From Vermamoeba vermiformis (Eukaryota): a DNA stretch of 64,000 nucleotides. How positions within the stretch are numbered: position 1 is the stretch's first letter; each line of letters begins with the position of its first letter. The notes below the pieces were generated by a model, which made no database searches, had not been told where the DNA came from, and saw only the letters and a program-made list of their open reading frames with translations. The stretch is from contig JBEWZL010000219.1 of assembly GCA_045837725.1 (NCBI GenBank), forward strand, positions 186,001 to 250,000, in the 5' to 3' direction. This document shows, in pieces, positions 50,601 through 61,922 of the stretch. The position numbers were made by a program, and so were the translations under genes.

Positions 50601-51620
50601 ATGTCTCAAAAGACCGTCATCTTAGTTACCGCTGCTAATGGCAACACTGGCAAGGCTGTCGCACAACATCTATTAAAGAGAGCCGATCGTGACAACTATA
50701 TCATCAGAGTTGGCGCTCGATCTGAAGACAAAGTCGCAGATTTGGTTAAACAAGGTGCTCAATACGTCTACATCGACTTTACTGATGCCGAGAGTCTTCA
50801 TGCTGCTACTAAGGGCGTAGACCGCGTCTGGGCAACTGCACCAAACCCAACTAAGCAACAAAAAGAAAACGATCGAATCCACCTCGTCAACAACTTTATT
50901 GACGCTGCGCAAAAGGCTAATGTCAAGTACTTCCTATTTGGCTCTGTCCTTGGTGCTCGTAAGTACCCGTACTAACTAATTAACCTCTTCAAACTGATTC
51001 CTAACGAGTTTTCTTTCAGAATACGAATCCGTTACATTTGCTCGCGAGTTCAGACTTGCTGAAAAGAAATTAGAAGCCAGTGGCATTCCTTACACTCACC
51101 TTCGCATGGCTGTATTCCAAGTAAGAATTATATTATCCCTTTGAATCCTAAACGTAGAGTCCTAATGCGCGTTACCTACCAGGAAAATTTTGCCGGCCAA
51201 AAAGACAACATTGCCAAGGGATTCGTTGCTGAACCACTGAATGAAGGCTCTTACTGCCCTGTATCGCTTGAAGACGTCGGCATTGCAGGCGCTGAATTGC
51301 TGTTGAATCCTCATCCGCACGTGAACAAGGCTTATGACTTGACTGGTCCCAAGGCCCTGACTGGCGCACAAATCGCGCATCGTCTCAGCAAGGTCGTGGG
51401 TCACAAGGTCACTTATGTCAATGCAGATCCCGAACAAACCTATCAATTCTTGAGCCAGTTCATGGCTGACTACCAAGCCAAGGGCATGCTCGAGTTGTAC
51501 AACATTTTCTCGCAAAAACTCGCCAGCACACCGAGCAACGACTTTACGCTCATTACTGGTCGCACTGGCACTCGATTTTACAACAGAATGAAGCAGTTGA
51601 AGGCTTGGGGTGCTTTGTAA
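50601..51620 (+). CDS. NmrA-like NAD(P)-binding atypical SDR
   Basis: ILVTAANGNTGKAV, GVDRVW, AEKKLEASGIPYTHLR, PVSLEDVG, YDLTGPKALT; two short introns. Confidence 0.9.
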
Positions 51621-51764
51621 ATTCCAAAAATTATGTAAATACGGAAGTAACTTCGATCGTTTGTAAATAAATTATTAGTAAGTACACATGCAAGCATTAA
51701 GTCCTAAGTATTATTGTTTCGAGTAAAATTGATCGATTTGTGCGAAAGTTTAACCAAAGGCAGA

Positions 51765-53118
51765 ATGAGCAATAGAAAACGAGTAACATCAGCTAAGGAA
51801 ACAGCTGCGAATAAGAAACAGAAAATCGATAATGCCGAGTGGCCTGTTGTTATTGTAGAGAACTCACCATTTGAATTGGCTGAGTTAACGGAAATAATTT
51901 TGTCTCATCTGATTGTTCAAGACCCAATCTCAGTACTGAACATCGGAAAGACTTCGAAAAGGTACGTAATAATTATTGAAATATTTTAACAATAAATTTG
52001 AGCTATTTTTTTTAATTTAATTGAATCAGAAATAATGCGCTTCTGCGATCTCGAAAATTTTGGGATAAATTTGGTTATAACCTCATAATTGAAGAAGATC
52101 CTGTACCATTCGCCATCATCAAGGCAGTGCTAGGCCAATTCCGTCTGGAACAACTTCAAAAACAACTGTATCTCATGCAATCTGAAGTGTCAACTTTAAT
52201 GACACGTGTCACGCTGCCACCAGCCTTACATCAGTACGCGTGGCGTTTTTCAATCAAAAACATTATTCTGATCGCCTGTTAGGTCTCTCGAAACTCAAAT
52301 CAAACGACCCAAACAAGCGGCCTATCCAATTGACACACGTGCCTATCTCGCACATCGCAATCAGTTCACTGAACAGGCGTGTGAGTTGCTCTTGAAGCTC
52401 AAGTCCTTGTTCGACGTTAACTTTGTGCAATTCACGGACCTCGTTAAGTTCATTGAGTGCTCCAAAAAGGAGGTTGAAGGTAACTTTTTGCAACAAGTTG
52501 TAACGAGCACTAAAATTACTTAATTTAGAAAGCCAGCCAACGAAAGGAATCGATCGATTCACATTTGAGGATACGCAGAGTTTTCAGCCACGTGATGTGA
52601 TCTGTCAAGTTGAAGGTTTCCCCAAGTTCCCTAAGTACGCGTATTACCATATATGGCAACGTATAACTCTAATCCTTAATCTAGGTCTCAAGATTTCCGT
52701 TTACTATACACGGTTGAATGTTTGTCTCGCGAACACGTCAATTTCCAAATTTGGAAAAAGTTCTTGCCGAAGAATCGCTCAGTGCTGTTGATCTTGAGTT
52801 CTTTTTCTTCGCGAAGTGAACTCAATTCTGACTACGAAGAGGAGAATGTGCAGCGAGAGGAGAGCTTGTTCTTAAAGGTACCTTCGTGAGCATTAAATTT
52901 TTGATCTGGATCTCCAGTACTTACTTAGTTGTTGCAGTACGATGCCAACAGTGGCACTATAGAAGAGTGCTGTAGCTTTGCAGATTATGCCGCGCGAAAT
53001 TTCCCCGCAATGCCCGCTGAGCAGGCATTTGGAACCGTGTGTTGTGCGCAGTGAGCGAGGCTAAGACGTTCAATTTAAACAACTTTATTCCTCGCAGCTA
53101 CATTCGCTTGATGAATAA
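51765..53118 (+). CDS. Hypothetical protein with a basic N-terminus and an F-box-like segment (3' end uncertain)
   Basis: ELAELTEIILSHL...SVLNIGKTSK, spliced to ...LLRSRKFW, is F-box-like; several GT-AG introns follow. Confidence 0.45.
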
Positions 53119-53300
53119 CAATGTGGATAGAGATACTATCTTATTTAACAATATTAAGCTGCGAAAGTAAAACAGCCGACTTAGATCGACCACTTTCTTT
53201 TTAGTCTGTTTTCAAACACCACACTGGAACGTAACGATTATTTATTGGTATCTGTGCTTAAGTAATATTCTGCCACTATAATGCACAATTAGAGGCATAG

Positions 53301-54148
53301 ATGGAAATCAAAGCAAGTAAACTGCGCATCTGTTGCTTTGGTAAGTATGAAGCCGTTTTAATGAAAAAATATCTAATTAAACTTAATATAATAATTAAGG
53401 CGACAGTCTTACGTGGGGATTTGTTGCAGGAGGAACACGGCATCCGTATTCAGAAAAATTATTACAATTATTATCGTCTGATTTTCCAACTGCGACCATT
53501 GAAGTATGTACTTTCCTGTATATTATCAAAATATCGCGAATATTATATTTAATTGTATTTTAGATTGCCCAGCACGGCAAAAAAGGAGAAACAACTGGAT
53601 CGATGGTTTCAAGGCTTACAAAGCTTTTAAAAAAGGATACAAAATATGACATCATTATTATACTAGGAGGTAAGACATTATAGCGCCATATTGTGCCGTA
53701 ATCACGCAATTAACATGAGATATTTGGCGCCAAAGGAACCAATGACATTTTTTTGACCGAAGCAACCACCGTTAACTTGGAACAAATGCACAAAATATGT
53801 ACTAGTAGTGGGTCAATAGTAATTATGGCGTCTTTACCTCCTGCAGGTCAGCTCAAAAGTTTTTACAAACGCATCTAAAATGTATTTTCGTTAGAATACG
53901 ACACTAGGCCTAATTCTCCGTGGATTTTGGAGTCAAAGAAGAAGATTAACTATTTTATTGGTCAATTAGTGCCTACTACGCACTTTGTCGACTTGGCTAA
54001 CGAACTTCCGTTCCATGCGCTAACTGAATCCGAAAAAGATCGGTTATGGAGCGATCATTTGCATCCTACTGCTGCGGGATATGATTTAATGGCTGAAATT
54101 ATTTACAAAAAACTCAAAATAATCATCACAGACGAGATGTTAAAATAA
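53301..54148 (+). CDS. SGNH/GDSL-family hydrolase
   Basis: Spliced ICCFGDSLTWG, GKKGETT, ILGGTND, DHLHPTAAGY (blocks I, II, III, V). Confidence 0.92.
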
Positions 54149-54801
54149 GAGTCCGGATCTTGTTCAAACAGATCCGAGCTACAGAATGATGACTAAGGAC
54201 GACAAGAGCAAGCAAGAAATTTTGGAGCAAATATACTTTGATATTTCAACTATATAATAACTTGGCAATTACGAGCAGAAGGAACAGTCCTAAAGGTTAC
54301 CTGGCATAATATGGCTTGCGTGTCATTCAATACTATTGGCACTGCCGTAGAATAGAATCACTATGGCTCATATTGCGCGTGTGTTGAATTGTTGCAGATA
54401 CGACACATATGACTAGGACCCCGCAGATCGAATGGTAAGAATATCGTATTTCAGTAAAACAGAGTGCTGACGAAGGTATTAGGAGCAGTGTTAGACCTCA
54501 CTACGCTAGCCTGCTATATAGCACGAAAATATCAATATCGGAAAACTAGTCATTCCTAATATGGAAATGCGTCAGAAACCTTCCTGATTAGGAAGCTTCG
54601 ATAGTGAAATTTCAATGCAACCACGTGATAGAACCATCCTAGAACGTTTGTAGCGTGTGTACCAACGGAAAAAAGGCACTTTGGAAAAAAGATAAATAGC
54701 AGCTCGATCTACATTCAATAAATTCAATTCAGCTGAACAACACAACACAGCACCACATCAAATCACCCTTCGTTAATTTAATCACACTAAATCCCACTAC
54801 A

Positions 54802-55564
54802 ATGTCATCTACACAAAAACTCGCAGGCAAAGTCGCAGTCATCACAGGAGGCTCGACAGGCATTGGTCTCGCCACGGCACAATTGTTCGTGCAGCACGGC
54901 GCTCATGTATTCATCACTGGACGACGCCAAGCTGAACTCGATGCAGCCGTGCAACTGATTGGTCGCGAACATGTCACTGCTGTTCAAGGGCGATGTGAGC
55001 AACTTGGCGGATCTGGATCACTTGTACGACGTGGTCAGAAGCGAGAAGGGCCACATTGACATCGTGTTTGCCAATGCCGGTATCGCCGAACAACTGCCCA
55101 TCGGTGCCATCACTGAAGAACACTTCGACAAGCTGTTCAACATCAACGTCAAAGGTCTCGTGTTCACAGTTCAAAAGTCACTGCCCTTGTTGTCAGAACA
55201 CGCGTCAATCATTCTCAACGCGTCAGTCGTGTCCATCAAAGGCTTCCCTGCAAATAGTATCTACAGTGCCACAAAGGCAGCAGTCAGAGCCTTGGCGCGA
55301 AGTTGGGTGCTCGATCTGAAAGGCAAAAACATCCGCGTCAATGTGGTGAGTCCTGGACCCGTTGAAACACCCATTTTCGAGCGAGGAGGCATGAACGAGG
55401 CACAAGTCGCTGGCGTCAAAGAGTTTATTAAATCTCAAGTGCCGATGGGCAGATTTGGTCGATCTGAAGAACTCGCCAATGCAGTCTTGTTCTTGGCCTC
55501 GAGTGACAGTTCGTTTATGACCGGTGCCGAACTATTCGTCGATGGCGGATTTGGACAAGTCTAA
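54802..55564 (+). CDS. Classical short-chain dehydrogenase/reductase, intronless, with an apparent +1 frameshift at 54988-54990
   Basis: TGGSTGIG, then after removing one [36 protein letters not shown]. Confidence 0.9.
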
Positions 55565-55807
55565 ATGGAGACAAGCCCAGATCTGATATTCTGGAATTCT
55601 TGACAGGCCCTGGTCGATCTATGACACGAACCTTTGTAATTAAAATATTATCAATAAATTATTTAAATAATCTACATGATAACGCAATTGCTAGGCAATT
55701 AGACTTCATATTGCAATAAACTACTGCAATTTGGACGGACACCGTCAAATAAACGAACCACATCCAAAAGACTAGTAATATCGTATATTATTATTTGTAT
55801 TCTAAAA

Positions 55808-57582
55808 TTACAATCTTTCAGTAGTCGTTGATATTTTGTTCGATGATTTGGACGAAGTTTTCTTCGTTGCTTTAGGCACCAGAACGAGACTCTGAAACAG
55901 ATCTTGGATGCACAGCACGAGGTACGAGCTGAACCAGACAGTACCATAGGCGTGGGGTTGATATGACACTGCGGTGTTGGATAATATTACGAAAATAATT
56001 ACATGCGAAACAAGACAGCCACCGACGACAAGAATGTGCGAGGTGATCTGAGCAAAAAGATTATTACCAAAAAAGGAAATAAAATAAAATAATTATTTTA
56101 TAAAATGTACTTACCGTTCCAAGAGTTCTTCCGCGCTTGCTGTCTTTTCTACTCTTCCCGCGCAAAACTTTTGACAGTTTGCCAGCGGTCACGAAGAAAA
56201 ATATTGCAAAGGCGAGGCAGACAGCGGAATAAATCGCAGAATTGACGGTGATCATCGTGGTGATGAAGACACCTGTCAGCACTGTCAAGGCGCGCGTGAT
56301 GCCAAAGCCGATCTCAATGCCGAACAGAATCGCTATGATGATAATGAACGGGATCTTGAACTTGCCGAGCATTTGATTGACGTTCAGCGACATGCCGTGC
56401 ATGACATCATGCCTAAATATATATAGTCATTAATTTTAAAATTGATAAAATTATCGAAAATTATTTCGTTGGGAACGAGATCCTTTGTTGGTGGATTTGG
56501 TCTTTGAGTGTTTAAATGTCGAACTTACCAATAGAAGGTGATTAATATAGTAACAGACAAGCTGAATGGATGCGACAAACTGAGCACTAATTGTTGCATT
56601 GCTACTGGATAAATTGCGCGCGAAACAACGGGATCCACCGCGATATGCACCACACGCACTATAATCAAAAATAAGGTCTATATTCGCCAACTAATACGAC
56701 TCGCTTACGTATATTTCCAGTTATGATCAATGAAAGACAGACTTGAGGCAGTTTGCGTCTACATCCGGTTTCTTTAACGTGTTTCGCAAGTCTGTAACTC
56801 GCAAAAGCAATATTTGCCACGGAAAATAGCGTAATAAATACTTGGAAAAAGATCATAAAGCTCTCGTTCCATGCTTTCCATGGATTGACTCCTACATTAA
56901 TAAATAAAATTAAACTGGGTGCAAGATCCAGCATAAAATGGATGTTTTTCTTACCGATTGGATTTAAAGTAGCTTCTAATGTTGCATTTGGTGGTAATGT
57001 ACTTAAAGCCGATGCAATTTTGTTGTAATCGACGAGAGAGATCTGCCACGCCGAGAGCGTTACGTCCGCAACGTCAGCCGAGTCCAAAATGTAGTTGGCT
57101 TGACCGGGATAGACTACATATGCGTTAATATGATGCACCGAATGGTCATCGATTTACGCATGTAGTATAATATTCATTAATGTGAATCGGATCTGGATTT
57201 TGTTTCAACTTGGAAATTTCGAACTTACTGCCTTGCTGCACGCTAATTATAACAGCCTTTGCACCTCTATTCTGCTCAGTTCTGATTTGAGAAAGATATG
57301 TGCCGCGGAACCAAGGCACCAGAACGATTTTGTCGATTACATCCGTCGCATTCCGAAACACGATCTCGCCATCGATTGTAAGATTATAAAAGTTGTTCCT
57401 ATATATTATAGGAAATGCAGTATATGTGCCAGCAATCGAATCAGGGCTATGAACAATCAGGTCTGTTGCAACGAATTGAAACGCAACAGCCAGAAGAATA
57501 GCAACGATGATCCCTATTTAAATAAAAAGAATTAATAAATAAAATTATTAGTATTTTAAATAATTAGACAGGCAGGGAACAT
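55808..57582 (-). CDS. Signal peptide and PA-like ectodomain followed by a THH1/TOM1/GPR137-like 7TM domain (start codon uncertain)
   Basis: LIVHSPDSIAGTY...DKIVLV...RGAKAVII is PA-like. LRVVHIAVDP...HPFSLSVTILITFYW is THH1/TOM1-like. Seven hydrophobic segments. Confidence 0.6.
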
Positions 57583-58140
57583 CGATTTAAAGTTAAATTT
57601 TTATCAGCGTTAATGAATAGGGTAATTGAAGTATAATTTGTGTTTGATTGCTTACTTGGCTTCATATTTAACTTTAACTCGACAGTTGCGTTGTCAATCG
57701 ATTCGTAACTTTGATGTAAATGTCAAACTTGCCCCGTGCAGGTCGCTAATTACCGATTTAAATTCCATAAAAGGAAACTTCACGCTTTATTGTGTGGAAG
57801 TTAGTTGTTGGTCCTGCCTATTCAATCGAGTGTAGATATATCAATTAAGCACAATTGCCTGGCAGTAGTTTTCCGCGCAATAAGCTTCACATTATAATCA
57901 CAACAATCGGTTATTTAAAAAAATGATTACGACCAAAAAAAAATATTGAATGCACTTACAAAGATGATTTCTAATTTGTTTGGGTGCACAGTTGGAATAA
58001 AAAAGAGGTTAAATTAAATTTTCGTTGGCTCAAAATCCGGATTCCATACAGCGGTATTTCTTAATTATTTCAGAAATAGCGGCATATGAATTATAACGGA
58101 ATACATACCGTTTGATTTGAGCTCTTATAATTCGTCTTCA

Positions 58141-58804
58141 ATGGCAGATCTTGCAAAATTCGGCGTGACCGTCACGGCCCGCCAGCGGGCGCCTTACTCC
58201 CGCACCTATTTTGACACATATGTACGGTATGCCTCGGTAATGAAGAGAATAGCCAGATTCGCCTATAATAGCCGTGCTATTCGTATCATTAATGTTACGG
58301 CAGTGAGTTACGGGCTTCGGAAAAATGTTCCGGAGAAAGCGGCGGGCACTCCGAAATCTCGGCGAATTAATGCGGGTATAAAAAGAAATGTCGCGTCGTT
58401 CCGTATTAACATGTTTCGTGAAGAAAGACACACAAGAACAGGGAATCAAAGAAATGGAACAGATCTTGGCACTTCTTAAGTTTATAGGCTACAAGCCTGA
58501 AGGAGCTGACACGTCCGAGCAAGCAATGCGCGGCATCGTCTGGTATATTGAAAGCATTGACAACAACTCCGTCTCATTTATTGATGAGTTCATTACTGGC
58601 GAAATGTAAGTCAATCCGAATCTGTTTCCATTTACTGTCGCAGATTTTCTAATCTTACTTTATAGCATATCTTACGCCCAACAAATGAAACTGAAAGATG
58701 CTCCACAGTTTCTGCCGATCGTAGAGTGGCTAGTTAAAGAGATCCGGATAAAGAGAAATGAAATCTCTGGTTTTAGACCCGCCTCCTCACTTATTCACGC
58801 TTAG
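58141..58804 (+). CDS. Small hypothetical multi-exon protein (structure not resolved)
   Basis: Coding-like segments with splice signals at 58606 and 58665; the exon phases could not be fully reconciled. Confidence 0.3.
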
Positions 58805-58988
58805 TGAGTGTAAGGCCTGCTACTATCAATTTTGTAATTTTATGTACATAAGGTGTAAATAAACCCGAATTTTCCTATCTATTAGGCAATAAAAACGGCG
58901 CTCGCGCGGATCGCGGTCTCGAAATTTCTCTTGACCAGATTGCGACCTCTATTTTCGAAGCTTTGAATGGATCGACCCACACGCGGTC

Positions 58989-61750
58989 TTAGTTAATCAC
59001 GATGTTGCCTTTCTTTTTGCTCGTTGAAGCTTCAAGCTCATCGAGGATCTCGTCAAAACTCGGCCTGTACAAACACTTTAATACGTACTTTTAGGGCACT
59101 ATATTCATATATACTTACCTCTTATTTGGCTCTTTGTCGGTACATCGAGCAATGAGTGATTTGATGACTTGCGGCCAGCGATCTTGAACGGGGAAAAACG
59201 CGGCCACATCCGCACTCGTGACATCGTGAATGACCCTATAATAGGGAATAAGACCATATGTGAGGTATGATATGCTAGTTATTGCCGTACTTGACTGGTG
59301 TCTTGCCGAGGTGCGGTGGTGTCTCGCTCCAGAGTTCCCACAAAATGACACCAAAACTAGTTTCATGAATTGTCAGTCGGGTCCAAGTAACTGCATCATA
59401 TCAATAGAGATATAGGGCGTACCTGAACACATCTGATTTGTCGGTGAATGCGTCGTGTTGCATCACTTCAGGGGCCATGTACTGAACCGTGCCGATATTA
59501 CTAAATTAGGAAATAATGAGATGCTGTTACTCTACACTTAATAGGCTGTACGCACGTCATAGTCGCCGAGGCTGCTTTAATTCTGGCCATGCCAAAGTCA
59601 CACAATTTAGCTTTCAAGTTCGCATCCAACTACCGCGTGTTAGCAAACGATCAGATCCAACATTATCGATGCTACGTACGAGTATATTATGCGTCTTCAA
59701 GTCTCTGTGCACGATGCCCATTGAATGCAAATGTACCATGCCACGTGCACAGTCAATGGCAATTCGTTGCTGGAAGGACATCTTAGTACATTGACTGCCA
59801 AATTAGGAAACATGGCGTTGTACTCACTTTCTCTTGCGCGGTCAGGTTAATCTTTTTGCCCAAATTTCCTTTTTTGATGTGCAAGTAGTCGAAGAGGCTG
59901 CCGTGTTCCAAGAACTCAGTCAAGATGTACATGTCATTCGGTGTCAAACTCACACCGAGCAGTTGAACCACATTCGGATGACTCAACTTGCTGTTCAATA
60001 GTATTAATATGGAGGAGTAATATAACAGTGGTGAGCATACCCCAAGATGCTGACTTCTTTCAAGAAGGAGTCGATCATTTCATCGTTGTTCATGCGCACG
60101 AGAAGTCGTTTCACTGCAACATCGAGCTTGTTCCACTTGCCTTTGTACACTTCGCCGAACGCTCCTGTTGTCAGAACATGTACTTAGTCACACCTTGACA
60201 CGAGTACGAGTGCTATCGAGTGATCTTACCGACACCAATCTTGGTGCCAATGGACACTTTCTCGAAGTCCACAAATGTCACGGTGGCTGTATTATCGACT
60301 TGAGTTCTCAGAATGACACCTCCTTCATTCGTCGACATCAACAACAACGGTGCTTTTTCATCTTGAATTTGTCCGTGTCTGAGCTTGTGCGTGTGACCAG
60401 CTTGCGTGTCTTTCACGAAACAGTAGTACAGCAATGGACAGTATAACAAAGTATACATCGGAATATCAAAGCCCAAAACACTGTTTTCCGATTGCGTAAG
60501 AAAACAATGCAGCTGTCAATATGAACAAAGAGCACGTACCAAAATCCCACGTCCATATTATTCAGCGTAAAAAACGCTCCAACAGCAGCCGAAGAATAGA
60601 CGATGAACAAATAGATGATCCACGGCAAGATAGTTCGACGCACTGCACGACATTAGCACGCAGCTACTACTGATATATCACTCATACCTTTGTTTTTGTT
60701 GGCTGGCAGTGCGACGTAGACGAGTGCAAACAGGTACCACGCACTGAAAAAAATGAACGTGTACATTGATTGCGGAGCTTGAAATATCGGTTGTTATTAA
60801 TTCATGATTTCAACTAACATAAGAATTACTAAAGATTACCTGGAAAAAACAAATAACACACTTCGCACGCGTAGTCAAAGTAGTACGTGAGCTACGAAAC
60901 AAAATCAGATTAGGACAAGTCTATTTTAAGTCTAACGTACCATCATGCCGACATTTATCGTCATCATGCCACAAGCCCAAATAAATGCTTTTTTGTACGC
61001 GTTTTTGTCGCTGTACGGGAAAAACGCAATGCACACCAAGAAGTTGTCCCATAGCGCTAATTAAGCATTATAATCATTGGCTATGCGATAATATTGTTCT
61101 TACCATCGCCTCCGAATAAAATACCTTTAAGAACGAGCGGTTAAAGAAAAATATTGGTTCTAGAAAAAGTTCGGAATGACCCGTCAAAAGGATACGATCA
61201 ATAACCAGTGCTATTAACTCGCTCATAGGCACAATGACTTGCAGAGCTTGCAAGACGAACCAGCATGTCACGCATAAACTACAAATATTGCATTAATTTT
61301 TCGGCCGTTTCCAAATGGATCTGATCCCAGATAGCTTGGCAACATGTTGATTGAGATAAAATCATTATAACTAGTACCTGTATAAATGATAGACGCGTAA
61401 AATAGTGAAGCTTTGATAGCTCTTGTTAAGTTTGAAAAGTAGGTATAAAAATCCAAAGACAAAGAACCCGCAAACGACCATATTGCCAGCAGTACTATGC
61501 GTAGGGCCAATAGGAAAGCTTGCATTTAACGTCGTACAGCAAGAGCCTGAATATGGAACATGATTAAGTGGAATTATATTAACGGTTGAGAAAAAGGCCA
61601 TATTATTTGAACTTACAATTCATTAATTAAATAATGATCGAAGAGGATATAATTTTTGGTGTAATATTACGGCATTTATTCTTTTTTAAGTCGTTATTAC
61701 TTACCCGTGCAGTTGATCTCAAAAGGTGTTTGAAAGCCAGGCCACTTCAT
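58989..61750 (-). CDS. 7TM (TPRA1/GPR175-like) receptor fused to a TKL protein kinase, copy 2
   Basis: Paralog of 46985-49761 with the same intron positions; MKWPGFQTPFEINC..., YCPLLYYCFVKD, HRDLKTHNIL, DFG, APE. Confidence 0.85.
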
Positions 61751-61922
61751 TGCTTATTTTCTTGTTGCCGCAATTATTCTATTGTTCTATTCTATAATTC
61801 GAGATCATACTCGTGTTGCTCAGCTCGATTTGATTTAAAAAATGCGCATCCACGTGAGTTTGAACGGTGTTGGCTTATTTACATGATTAAATACATCTTC
61901 GCAATAAAAATATGATAGGCTA

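Noticed and set aside
54186-54450. Short frame MMTKDDK...STIYNNLA with a TPR-like look
   Set aside because: It stops after about 40 codons and no coherent splice path was found.
12940-54996. Programmed ribosomal frameshifting or RNA editing as a common cause of the four frameshifts
   Set aside because: No shared slippery or stop context. Each is one extra base in a short run (T, A, A, G), which sequencing error explains more simply.
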